DNA of 64,000 nt from Octopus sinensis (lineage: Eukaryota), in contig NC_043019.1 of assembly GCF_006345805.1 (NCBI RefSeq), forward strand, positions 17,793,360-17,857,359, given 5' to 3'. Made by a program: the position numbers and the translations under genes. Positions 23,301-36,242 of this stretch are shown here, one piece after another; the stretch's first letter is position 1, and every line of letters starts with the position of its first letter. Below the pieces are notes generated by a model. That model did no database searches, was not told the origin of the DNA, and saw only the letters and a list, made by a program, of their open reading frames with translations.

Positions 23301-23719
23301 AACCGGATGTATACTCTTTACTCTTTTACTCTTTCATTTGTTTCAGTCATTTGACTGCGGCCATGCTGGAACACCGTCTTTAGTCGAGCAACTCGACCCC
23401 GGGACTTATTCTTTGTAAGCCCAGTACTTATTCTATCGGTCTCTTTTACCGAACCGCTAAGTTACGGGGACGTAAACACACCAGCATCGGTTGTCAAGCA
23501 ATGCTAGGGGGACAAACACACACACACACACACACACATATATCTATATACATATATATGACGGGCTTCTTTCAGTTTCCGTCTACCAAATCCACTCACA
23601 AGGCTTTGGTCGGGCCGAGGCTATAGCAGAAGACACTTGCCCAAGGTGCCACGCAGTGGGACTGAACCCGGAACCATGTGGTTGGTAAACAAGCTACTTA
23701 CCACACAGCTACTCCTGCG

Positions 23720-24400
23720 CCTATATGTGTGTAGCAGATGTAAGATTGATAGAATCGAGAGCTTCTTTATGCCATCGCAATTGCGCTGGGCTGGCCATGT
23801 CGTCAGAACGAGTGACGAGAGAATACCCGAAGTCCTCATGTACAGCCAGCTTCATAGCAGGCGCAGGAATGTTGCCCGACTACGGCTGAGATATTAGAAC
23901 AATTTGAAGAGTAACCTCTCCGCACTCAATATAGCTCACAACACCTTTGAGCAAACAGCCTTAGAGCATATCAAAATGGTATAAGAGTCCCTCAACCAGT
24001 ATTAACAGGCTTAGGGGTGCAAGGTAAAGGAGAAAAAAGGCAGACGAAATACCTATTTCTTTATTACCCACAAGGGGCTAAACATAGAGGGGACAAACAA
24101 GGACAGACATAGGTATTAAGTCGATTACATCGACCCCAGTGCATAACTGGTACTTAATTTACCGACCCCGAAAGGATGAAAGGTAAAGTCGACCTTTGCG
24201 GAATTTGAACTCACAACGTAACGACAGACGAAATACCGCTAAGCATTTCATCCGACGTGCTAACGTTTCTGCCAGCTCGCCACCTTCAAAGGCTGCAAAT
24301 ATACCGCCCGCACCGACTCGCAATCCTCATATTCGCAACATCTGCGAGCTTCTTTGCAAATCTCAAATAAGCACTATGACCGACAAAGAAAGTGCAGGTT
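23720..24400 (+). mobile_element. RTE-clade LINE 3' remnant split by a SINE
   Basis: 'IESFFMPSQLRWAGHVVRTSDERIPEVLMYSQL..RR.VARLRLRY' and a later 'HICNICE.LCKS'-like C-terminus. Confidence 0.75.
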
Positions 24401-24441
24401 GTCCGACCTTTATACACCGAAACCGATGGCAGTGTCCATCA

Positions 24442-24544
<103 letters not shown>

Positions 24545-24978
24545 AAATGGCGGTGCCCCAGCATGGCCACAGCTCGTGAGCTGAAACTAGATAAAATAAA
24601 ATAAAAAAAAAATATATATATATATATATAAATACGCATACATACATACACACGCGCGCGCGCACACACACCGTGAAAGAAAAGGAGATAGATAGAGTGG
24701 GAGAGAGTGAGAGAACTATATAGATACAAAGATAAACAGACAGGCAGGCAGACAGATATTTAATACCCAGAGACATACATTGATACACAGGCAGCCAAAC
24801 AAACAGATAGATGGAGAATGTAGTAATATCTGTCTATCTGTCTGTCTACCTGTCTATATATTTGTACATATCTAACACGAATCCTTAACCCAAACCCTTG
24901 TGACTCTTTGGGCGGTGATGACTGTGGGAAGAATACAAAACATTTTGTAGTAAGTAGTAGCACGTCAGGGAAAGTAAT

Positions 24979-25292
24979 TATTGTTGTATTTAGGATTGGT
25001 CATTTTGCCAGTTTAGCCAATAAAAACACACGCACTATATATTTGGTGTTTACATTGCTTCAGCGCTATTTATTTTTTACATTAATCTTAATCTTATTTC
25101 GGCCAGAGTTCTTTCGTCACACTCCTGTGACCGCATCAGTGGTCCTTTGCTTTCTTCTTTCTTATTTGTGTGTCTCTCCTTACTAACCGTCAGCCATTTT
25201 GTATTTCTATTGTATGTGTCTTCATTTGCGCATATAGTGCGTGTGTTTTTATTGGCTAACTGGCAAAATGACCATTCCTAAATACAACAATA
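24979..25292. repeat. ~62-bp inverted repeats enclosing a hammerhead-like motif
   Basis: 24979-25040 is the reverse complement of 25231-25292 with two or three differences. Confidence 0.8.
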
Positions 25293-25588
25293 TCTGTTTC
25301 AACACACGATTTCACATAAAAAATCTTGCAAAAGTAATGAAAGTAATTATATTAAGCGCACAAAACAGCATGAGATGTCGTCAGAGTTAAGCTATCGTTC
25401 GTCGCTAGGGGACGTAATAGTGGAGGCTTTTCTCCATTGATGTAAACGCATCATCTTCCCTGTTGTGATTGATGTTATCAGAAAAAATGTGTGAGAGAGA
25501 AACAGTGTTGAGAGGCAGCGGAGCTGAGCGTCAGAAAGTAGAGTTACGTGGGGAAATTGAGAATTCTCGCAATCACTAGAAAGATATT

Positions 25589-26002
25589 GGATCTTTTCGG
25601 TTTGAACGGCAGTTTTTAAAATAATTTCCACGTAACTAAACACTTTTAAACTTCGTATACTGGTAGAATGTGTTTATAAAACATCTTTTCCTCTTGGCTT
25701 TATTGAGAAAATTCTATAGTTTGTAAGATATTTGTTGTCCTTTTCAATTTCTGCAATTTCAACCAATCAATGAGGTGAAAACATTCTGTGCCGTATGAAT
25801 ATGTCCCGCGTTTAAGAAACAGATTGGGTTTAGTTACATTTCTGAAGAAAAAAAATACCCTTCCCCATCCCTAACCCTAACCCTAACTAACCGTAACCCT
25901 AAAACAGATTGAAATGCAATAGATCGATACTAGGGTCATAATTATGGGTGACAATTTCATATGGCACCGCTAGAAAAACTGCCGTTCTAAACGAAAAGAT
26001 CC
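25589..26002. mobile_element. TTAGGG-containing MITE with GGATCTTTTCGGTTTGAACGGCAG TIRs (other copies 53944-54364, 54667-55096, partial 41385-41830)
   Basis: Exact 8-bp TSDs AAGATATT, GGTAAATG and CCATTACT flank the three complete copies. Internal (CCCTAA)/(TTAGGG) units. Confidence 0.92.
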
Positions 26003-26461
26003 AAGATATTACCTACCCTGATCACATTTTTTCGGTACAGAACGATGTTACGAGAAACTGCAGTTTCGACTCTTCGACTGCAGAGGAAATAAATTGCTAA
26101 GCGGTAAGGAAAGAAAATGTATTGGTGAATACACAAAAGTGAACAAATGTCCATGTACACAGACACACAGACAACACACTACGTCGGAGTTGTTCCCCTT
26201 CGAGACCAAAGGAAAACGGTAATAATTGTTTTCCTTTCATGACGGGACCAAAACAACTTCTTTGCTTTGACGGTTGTCAATACGACGCCGATATAATCGT
26301 GTCTGCGAGACGAGGTGTGGGTGTAAGGTAGAGAAAACTACACGTGCAATTAGAATGGACTATGGAAGGAGAGTTCTTTGAGTCTTGTGGATGACCGCGA
26401 ATATGAAAGACAAAATAATGAAATTTGCTACTCCCTATTTTTCCAGAACGGATAGACAGCA

Positions 26462-26495
<34 letters not shown>

Positions 26496-26661
26496 TATAT
26501 ATATAGTTAGCTTATATATATATAAATAAAAGCTAACTATTTTCCCAATGCGATAACGTATTGTTATTCCCCTTCTGAGATAAACAAATAAAAAAAGTTA
26601 AATTACAAGAGAAAATCATATTCACACATTTATGGAGAGAGAGGTAGATATATATATATAT

Positions 26662-26797
26662 ATACTTTATTTAAAAGCAGCAGAAAATTCAACAAAACCT
26701 GTTACTCTGAGTTTCCCGTTCCCGTTCGTCGGACAGGGAACGTGAAACTCAGAGTAACAGGTTTTGTTGAATTTTCTGCTGCTTTTAAATAAAGTAT
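26662..26797. repeat. Fold-back hairpin (~61-bp arms) built from a Penelope-type terminal repeat
   Basis: 26662-26722 pairs with 26736-26797. Flanked by (TA)n. Confidence 0.9.
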
Positions 26798-26863
26798 ATT
26801 ACTCTACCTCTGGTATTTGAGTACTCTTTTTTCCACCTTGTTTCACATTTATGTGTTTACTCC

Positions 26864-26947
<84 letters not shown>

Positions 26948-27489
26948 AGAGGTTAAGAGAACATCTGAGGAGGAGATAAACTTATTCAGGTGTAAAGTGT
27001 AACTAAAAGTCTCGCAAACTCGTCAGCGTCCGCAAACATGAAAGAAATGGGAATGTTGCTTTCCTTGATTGAATTTTTCCCTATTAGAATGGCAATTAAA
27101 GTAGGCCGGAGTTACTTTCCCTTGCTAAGAGGGAAAAGAAACCGTTGACGGAGAGACATAGGAGTCTTTTCCCTTCCATTACGAAGGAAATGGATAAATA
27201 CTACGAGTTGTTTCTCTTTATGTGGGTAAACTTAAAGATGAGAATGAACAAGTATCAGAAATCTTTTCTCCCTGCACGACCAGGGAAATTAATATGTAAC
27301 AGCCATTCCCTTCAGCAAGTAACCCTTCCTTCCCCAACATATTACCTTGTATGTAACGGAAGTCCCGTGGATGACGGCAAACAGCGAAAGGATGAATCAA
27401 ACGTTGCCCTTTTTCGAGACATTTCCCCGACCAGAATGACTGTTAACGTAATGTCTAGTTCCATTTTATCACCGTCGTCGTCCTATGAC

Positions 27490-27655
27490 AGACACTGCAT
27501 TTGGTTGATGACACTACACCGAAATGTAATAAGATCTGGTCATCAAATCTAAGACTTCAAACTTGAAATCTTCAAAGCCACAGTCGAACCAATTCCACTA
27601 TATGGCTCAGAAACCTGGATGTTATCAAAGAAGCTTGAGAAGCAGCCATTATTTT
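27490..27655 (+). mobile_element. RTE/RTEX LINE fragment
   Basis: Reads IWSSNL....EIFKATVEPI.LYGSETW.LSKKLEK. Confidence 0.6.
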
Positions 27656-28159
27656 CCCATGGATACCATTGATTCCTATTTTATTCGACTGGACATCCAT
27701 AGCCATTCGATGTAAATGAAAAAAAAATCTTACTGTATTTTTAATATTTGAATATTATTAGGAAGGCGCATGGCTTAATGGTTAGAGCGTCGGGTTCACA
27801 ATCATGAGGTAGTGGGTTCTATTCTCGGTCCGAGCTGTACGCTGTGCTCTTGAGCAAGTCACTTTACTTCACATTGCTCCAGTTCACTCAGCTGTAGAAA
27901 TGAGTTGTCACGTCACTGGTGCCAAGCTGTATCGGCCCCTTTGCCTTTCCCTTGGATAACATTAGTGGCGTGGAGAAAGAAGGCTGGTATGCATGGGCGA
28001 CTGCTGGTCTTATATAAACAACCTTACCCGGACTTGTGCCTCGGAGGGGAACTTTCTAAGTACAATCCCGTGGTCGTTCATGTGACCGAATGGGTCTTTA
28101 CTCTTTATTATTAGGAATTTTTTTTAAAATATCAAAATATTTTGTGTATTGTAAGAGAA

Positions 28160-28460
28160 ACTGACACTCAGTCAGTCACTATGACGAAGGTCCCAGCTGA
28201 TCCGACCAACGGAACTCGTGAAATTAAAGTGAAAGTGGTCGAGTACACCACAGACACGTGTGCCCTTAACGTAGTTCTCGGAGATTCAGCGTGCCACACC
28301 GAGTGTGACAAGGCTGACCCTTCGAAACACAGGTGCTGCCCAATTTTGCCAGCTGAGTGGACTGAAGCAGCATGAGATGAAGGTTACAAGGCGCAGCCAA
28401 GTATCGAACTCGCGACCCAACGATCGTAAACCGAATACTCCTAATCACTAAGCCATGCAC
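28160..28460 (-). mobile_element. tRNA-SINE family H (second copy ~31875-32160)
   Basis: Both copies share GCTGATCCGA..AACGG...GTGTGACAAGGCTG...CCAGCTGA.TG.ACTG and a tRNA-like head on the minus strand. Confidence 0.7.
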
Positions 28461-29149
28461 CTTACACGAACTGTAACCGACTTATTGTACACAAATATAG
28501 GTTTCAAATTTTGGCACCAGGCCAGCAAGTTCTGGGGAAGGAGTAAGTCTTTTTACACATGCCACTGGACAGATAAACGGATTAAGTCGATTAGATCGAC
28601 CCCAGTATTCAACTGGTACTTATTTTATTGACCTCGAAAGGATGAAAGGCAAAGTCGACCTCGGCGGAATTTGAACTAAGAACATAAAGACGGACGAAAT
28701 ATCGCTAAGCATTTTGTCCGGCGCTGTAACGATTCAGCCAATCTTATATGGACCCCTCACACTCAGCCCACCCAAGGGCCATGTGAACCCCCAGTTGAGA
28801 ACAACTGCTACAGATAATGCTTCCTGGAACACGACCTTAATAGCGTTACACATAGTATATATATTGAGGTTCATAACGCAAACGTTGCTCCAGTTCCACT
28901 CAGCTGTAGAAATGAGTTGTGACGTCACTGGTGCCAAGCTGTATCGGCCCCTTTGTCTTTCCCTTGGATAACCTCAGTGACGTGGAGAGGGGAGGCCGGT
29001 ATGCATGGGCGACTGCTGGCCTTCCACAAACCATCTTGCCCTGACTTGTGCATCGGAGGGTAACTTTCTAGGTGCAGTCCCATGGTCATTCATGACCGAA
29101 GGGGGTCTCCTCCTCCTCATTAAGTATAAGTACAGCATTTACCATGGAA

Positions 29150-30390
29150 ATCAGACAATTTGAGGATGCTGACGGAGGTGGAGGAGAAAGACTGAACTGA
29201 ATGATTGGATCTTATCCACTGATTTTTTGCCCTTTCCTCACTTTCATCTGCACTTTCCTCACTTTCATCTGCAGGAATTTTCGATGAAAACAACAATAAG
29301 ATCTGTTTCATCCTTACCTTCAGAGTGCTTCTGAAATGAGTTAGGCAAGTGTCATTAAATAGCACCGTCGCACGCCCAGCTGCAACATTTTCTGGGTGGT
29401 TTTCTTGTTTTTTTGGATAAAATCTGAGAGTTTCTTCCAGCATTTCCTTTATCGCACTGGTAGTGATAACCTTCTCCGTCTCCCCCGCGTCCCCTATTTC
29501 CTGCCAAATCTCCGTGTACTGTTGCGCCTGTAGCTTCTTTAACTCTTCTGCTGTCAGTTCCTCAGAGTGCTCCTCGATGAGCTCATTGATGTTACCTTCA
29601 TCCACATCAAGGCCCAAGCACTTGCCGAAGGATACAATCTCCTTGTGTCTTTCAAAGTCTGTTTTAGACACATCATCAAGCCACAACTTCTTCCACGCAG
29701 AGGTCAAGGCCATATCGATAACTCTGAGGCATATCACGATGTTGTAGTGGTCCTTCCAGAACTCTCGAAGGGTGAGGTTTGTGCTCTCCGTCTCCTCAAA
29801 GCAGCAGCGGAACAGGTGCTTGGTATAAGAACTTCTTGATCTGCAGGGTAGGGGTCGTGTCGGGTGGAAGGTAGAGAACCTTTAAAACTTGAACCCTTCG
29901 AGGATGTCATCTTCGAGGTTAGGTGAGTGAGCAGATACATTGTCCAGGATGAGAAGGGCTTGCAGGGGTAGATTATTTTCCTGGAGATATTTCTTAACGT
30001 CAGAACCAAAGACTAAATTCCCCCACTCCACAAAGACCTGCCTGGTGACCCACTCCCTTGGACTTGTCCTCCACATAACCAACAGTTTTTCTTTCAAAAT
30101 CGTATGTGACTTAAAGGCTCCGGGATTTTCCGAACGATAACGAGCAGCAGCGGCTTAACCTTGCAGTCGCCGCTCGCATTGGCGCACATGGGTTTGTGGC
30201 CAGGCATCCTCTTCTCCTCTGCCGTTATATAAGTCCTCCTTAGTATCTTCTTCCACCAAAGTCCTGTCTCGTCACAGTTGAAGACTTGCTGACGGATGTA
30301 TCCTCCGGCTGCTATAATTTCGGCAAAAGTTTTGAGGTAATCCTCAGCTGCCTCCATGTCCGCTCTCGCTGCCTGACACGAGGATGAAGT
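29150..30390 (-). mobile_element. Degenerate pogo/Tigger (DDE_1, TIGD1-like) transposase
   Basis: QQVFNCDETGLWWKK..RRTYITAEEK..PGHKP..CANASGDCKVKPLL..ALLILDNVSAHSPNL, split over several frames. Confidence 0.9.
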
Positions 30391-30874
30391 GAATACCAGT
30401 CTTGGGCTCAAATCTTACTGATGTGAACTTTTCCATTCATCCTCCATGGATCGATAAAAGAAAGTACAAAATCAAGTACTGGGGCGATTTATTAACCATC
30501 TGCTTATATTGGCTTCAAATTTTTGGATCAAGGCCCAGCAATTTCGAGGGAGGGTCAAGTGGATTATACCGACTCCAGTGTTTAAATGGTACTTATCTTA
30601 TGGACCTCGACCGGATGAACTGTAAAGTCGACCTCGGTGTAATTTGAACTCAGAACGTAAAGACGCATCGTTAAGCAGTTTGCCTGATTTACTCTTTTAC
30701 TCTTTTACTTGTTTCAGTCATTTGACTGTGCCCATGCTGGAGCACCGTCTTTAGCCGAGCAAATCGATCCCAGGACTTATTCTTTGTAAGTCTAGTACTT
30801 ATTCTATCGGTCTCTTTTGCCGAATGGCTAAGTTAAGGGGTCGTAAACACACCAGCATCGGTTGTCAAGCACAA

Positions 30875-30924
<50 letters not shown>

Positions 30925-32199
30925 CACACACACACACACTCATATGTATATATATATATATATTAACATATATACGACGGGCTTCTTTCAGTTTCCGTCT
31001 ACCAAATCCACTCACAAGGCTTTGGTCGGCCCGAGGCTATAGTAGAAGACATTTGTCCAAGATGCCACGCAGTGGGACTGAACCCGGAACGATGTGGTTG
31101 GTAATCAAGCTACTTACCACACAGCCACTCCTCCTGATTTGCTGACGATTCTGCGAACTCATCGCCTTGTCTTCTGCCTATATTAAACAATTAAGCTTAA
31201 CAGATGTAATCTCCAGGGATACAGGCATCCAGCAACAGGATAGTTGGAGCAGCGGAAAATGCCTTGTGGTATTTAGTTATGGCTCTTTACGCCCTGAGTT
31301 CAAATTCTACCGGGATAGATAAAATAGTAATGCCAAGTATAATCAACTCTACTCTTCTTACACATTTCAGACTTTGTCTCTGTTTGGATGTTAGGATTCA
31401 TGTCCCCTCTGTGTTTAGCCCCTTGTGGGTAGTAAAGAAATATATTATCGTTGTTGGACATCTTCCTTACAGAGCATTTTCATTCATACAGATGGTTGCT
31501 TTTAGGGTCTGAGCTAATTGCTTGTTTCTGATGGTTTAAAGCCAAATTTTAGGAACGGTTTATTTCAAAACTTAAATCTTTTCCAGAGTGTATCATTAGA
31601 AGGTTTCTAAGATGCTTGAAAATCAAATGTGATTTAAAATGATAAACCAACTCTAGAACTGAGACGCTTTTAACACCGTAAAAGTACGAAATAATTAGGG
31701 CCGCACCGAACGACAAATCTGTACAATAACAAATAATATATTGGGCCTTGTGCTCAGAGTAGAAAGGAATAGCAAATAATATATAATAAACTTTGATTTT
31801 CCATGCTTGATATTTTCCGTATGTGATGAAACTGTGTGGAAAATAACCTGATATCGTGATTTGAATAAATTAAGCAGGCTCTCCGTCGGTTACGACGACG
31901 AGGGTTACTGCTGAGCCGGTCAAACAGAACAGCCTGCTTGTGAATTTAACGTGGCTGAGTATTCCACGGACACGCGTAGTTCTCAGAGTGTGACAAGGCT
32001 GGACCTTTTAATTACAGGTACTACTAATTTTTACCAGCTGAATGAACTGCAGCAAAGTGAAATATAGTCTCTTGTTCAAAAATACAACGCGAAGCCAAAA
32101 ATCGAACTCCCGACCTTATTAACGCGAACTGAATACTCTAACCGCCAAGTCACGCGCTTTCATAAATTTCGGATCAAGATGCTGACATCATCGAGTAGC

Positions 32200-32930
32200 A
32201 TGGCAACAACTTTCTCAAGAGCTGCGAAAATATATGTTAACGCAAAATGCCAACCAGTGTTACAACAACTTTCTTAAGAACATCAACAAATTTTAGAACA
32301 AGAAGCTGAAAACACAATTAATCGTCAAAACTGACAAAGAAGGATTTTGAATGCTGCAAGACCGAATGATGTAGACTCAGTGCCAGAAATAGCTGTCAAT
32401 TTATCCGGTATAGGCTTAATGGATGTGAGAAATGAAATGTAACGCATTAATGTCGTGGGAGAGCGCACCGGATGAATCTTTGGCCTATCCTAATTTTGGT
32501 ACTTGTTGTAAATCCGGTGCAATCAATATCGTAGAAGCACCAGATTTATCTAATGTACTACATAAATCGTTCATACTTGATTCACTTACGACAAAATATT
32601 TCAAGAAAAACATTCGCTGGTTCAATAGTGTTATTGTCAAGTGTTGCACAAAAGCAAACAAATGATGCTACAGTTGCTGGAGGTCTTTCCACTTACAGAA
32701 TTCCTAGAGTTGTTTACAGATTTGTTTTTAGGACACCAAGAAATGCTGTTACAGATGCGCCATCTTGTCTGCAAACTTCTACGATTTTCATGAACAAATC
32801 CATCAGCAAATGGCAGATAAAGGAAGAGAAAATAATTGATGCTGTTATTTTCCGTACGCTTCATTCTGCTACAAATATTCCACGGTTATTGGCATTAGCA
32901 ACAGGTCTGAAAAAAGAAATAATTCACATG
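32200..32930 (+). mobile_element. Helitron Rep/helicase N-terminal relic
   Basis: IG.M...KCNALMSWES..GTCCKSGAI...YFKKNIRWFNS...GG..TYRI..VVYR follows the helitron_like_N-proximal pattern C..C.AL.W..CC..G..HF..NIR.YNS..GQVYH. Confidence 0.65.
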
Positions 32931-33557
32931 CTGGAGAACTACCTATTGCTTTACTACCCACAAGGGTAGTAAAGAGAGAACAAACAAGGACAGACAAACG
33001 GATTAAGTCGATTATATCGACCCCAGTGCGTAACTGGTACTTATTTAATCGACCCCGAAAGGATGAAAGGCAAAGTCGACCTCGGCGGAATTTGAACTCA
33101 GAACGTAGCGGCAGACGAAATACCGCTAGGCATTTCGCCTGGTGTGCTAACGTTTCTGCCAGCTCGGTGCCTCACATGTTGGAGAACTACCACCCAACTC
33201 CATGCTAGAGGCTGATGTATAAAACACATTCAGTCTATCTGAATCTATTCCGCCAGGGACACTAGTTCAGCAGTTCTAAAGTTAGGGATAGCGAGTACAT
33301 AAAAAGAAAGGCGCATAGACACATACCAAGCAATTTTTAATTCATTTCTCTTATATTATGCAAAAATATTTCATTAATTATGAAATTATGAATAGGCGTA
33401 GGTGTGGCTGTGTGGTAAGTAGCTTGTTTACCAACCACATGGTTCCTGGTTCAGTCCCACTGCGTGGCACCTTGGGCAAGTGTCTTCTACTATAGCATCG
33501 GCTCGACTAAAGCCTTGTGAGTGGATTTGGTAGACGGAAACTGAAAGAAGCCCGTCG

Positions 33558-33616
<59 letters not shown>

Positions 33617-34259
33617 TTGTGTGTCTGTGTTTATCTCCCCAACATCACTTGACAACCGATGCTGGTGTGTTTACGTCACCGTAACATAGTGGTTCGGCAA
33701 AAGAGACCAATAGAATAAGTACTAGGCTTACAAAGAATAAGTCCTGGGGTCGATTTGCTCGACTAAAAGGCGGTGCTCCAGCATGGTCACAGTCAAATGA
33801 CTGAAACAAGTAAAAGAGTAATTATAATATACGTAATTGTATTCTACGTTCATTACTCTCGTGTTTCAGTCTCGATGTCATTATATATGAAACTTACGAC
33901 CACTGATATTGGTGTGATGTGGAAAAGATGAAACTGCGCGGGATCGTCCAGGGTGGAGAGGTTATAACATCAAGATTCGTTTTGTTCTTCAGATGTCAGC
34001 GGCTACCAACACTTCACAGAAGATTGAGCAGACAGTTCACAAATATATTAATGACTTCTAGAAAGTTCTTCCAATGTCACGTGATTAACAAAAATACAAA
34101 AGGGAGAAAAAAAAAGAGATTCGATTTTTATTGCACAAGGGAACTAAAGAGTTTTGAAAAATGTTGAAAAGGCACCAATTTTGAAAAACCTGCTCGTGGG
34201 GAGCGGTCGCTGCCCTTGTCCCACTAAAAGCTACGCCTCTGCTGTGGTTGTTCAATATC

Positions 34260-35350
34260 AACACAATTGAAGAAGCAGTTGAGAAAAAAAAACCCTTTCA
34301 GGACAAGTAACAATACTGTGATGTCAAATGACATAAGAAAAATTTGGTTGCATCTTGGATGGATTACAGCAAAGCATTCGATTGTATTCATACTCGTGGA
34401 AGCAAAAAGGTGTTTGATTTGCTTAAGCTTCGGAGATCCTAATCATAATTGTATACAACTTCGCATCGTACGGAACTGGAGCTAAAAACAGTCAGTGATT
34501 GCATTGTCACAAATAGGATAAAGTACCGCAGGTGTATATTTTCACGAGACAATTTTTCTGTGATGCAACGAAAGCCTTATCTTCTTTATTGTTGAGGAAG
34601 CCTGAATGGTGCATAAATGCTTCAAAAGACCGACTTGAGTGTATATGGCAAATATATCAATTATATGGAGAGCATAGAACCGGTTGACATTCTCAGAGTA
34701 TATAGTAAAGGCCGATTGTAAAGCGAGAGAAAACAACAAACCAGTTGAACAAAATCTCTGTCACTGGCTTGACAATTTCTCTTTTATCTCACAAGGACTA
34801 TTCAATTTACCTATGGTTAGACAAATCAGCTGGCCACACAATGTGTATTCATTTGGAGACAAGATGAAACCTGGGTTTAATATAGATATTAAAACGCAGA
34901 AGCTACTTAAAACAACCAGAAATTTCCACAGCAATAACGATACTGACAGTTCCTACAAAAAAACGAAATCAAATAGGCTTAACATAGATTCAGATGTCAT
35001 GGCATATCCCTTTGACATCATCCGTTGACCACCGACAATGTAAATCCATCCATGGGTTAAGTGTGTATACAAGCAGCAAAGAGTATCATAAGAGTTGAAG
35101 GATTGCCTTAGAAAGTATTCCTAGACCGATGGTCAAGTCACACATCTCTAGCAGAACAAAATATCAGAGGAAAGACTTTTTGCTTATCAACAGACTGTCA
35201 AGCATGACTTAGTTGTCAGAAAGGCTGAGTGTGAGGGTAGCATATTTACGTTACCCTCACACTCAGCCTTTAACTAAACGGGAGAAGTTTATCAAGGACC
35301 AGCATCTGCTATAAGAGCTCTAAAACTTTATAAGACATGCATTTGAAATC
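34260..35350 (+). mobile_element. Highly degenerate R4/Dong-like LINE RT remnant
   Basis: Fragments WMDYSKAFD, IKYRR.IF..D, YSFG..NIDIKTQKLL..NFHSN.DTD across frameshifts. Confidence 0.65.
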
Positions 35351-35876
35351 TAGGAACCGGAAATAACGATTGATTCTCAGAAAAAATAGAAAAGAAAAAT
35401 ACCGATGCAAGCAAAAAATCGACATGTAGCAACTGATGTAGGCTCTGTGGAATTAACACATCCCAAATCATAAGGGATGGTCCAAGAAGGTCTGAAATTG
35501 CTATCACGATACTTATTTACATATGTAAAATGATGTGAACAAAACAATATGAAATGCAACGTTTAAAAAGTATACTGCTGAAGAAAAATATAGATGAACT
35601 TGCAGCAATGTAGAGTGTATACTCAGCCATTACATGAAGGAATACCGGTGGAATATTTCGGTCAAAACATATGTAAAATATAAGCCTAACAGACAAATCC
35701 CAAAGAGCTGGGACAGAGAAAAAAGTGTGCTTAGTAGCTGCCATTACTTCTCCAGTAGATGACAGCTTGCCGCCAAGGATTAACAGTATATAATATATAC
35801 ACAATCATATATGTACATATATATACACATATATGTATACATATATATATATATATACATATATGCATATATATAT

Positions 35877-35949
<73 letters not shown>

Positions 35950-35950
<1 letters not shown>

Positions 35951-36170
35951 TGTGATCTCTTGAGTACCACCACCAAAAATATTTTTTCCTCTGTCTTCCC
36001 TTCTTGGGATCTTTCCTTCTCCTTGTTTCCGACGAAGAGCTCCGCTCGAAACGTTAAACCCTCCTTCCCTTCTTTCCTGAGCGTCAATAATACTTTAATT
36101 GTTCCACGTCCTCGCGTTGCTGGTTTTTCTCTTTTTTTCTGTGTTTTCTTGTTTGGATTAACTATATATA
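35950..36170 (+). repeat. ~210-bp non-autonomous element with a hammerhead-like motif, in (TA)n; second copy 63570-63770
   Basis: Both copies share GGATCTTTCC..GTTTC(T/C)GACGAAGAGCTCCGCTCGAAACGTTAAACCCTCC...TGTTTGGATTAA. Confidence 0.85.
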
Positions 36171-36196
36171 TATATATATAATATATATATATACAT

Positions 36197-36242
<46 letters not shown>

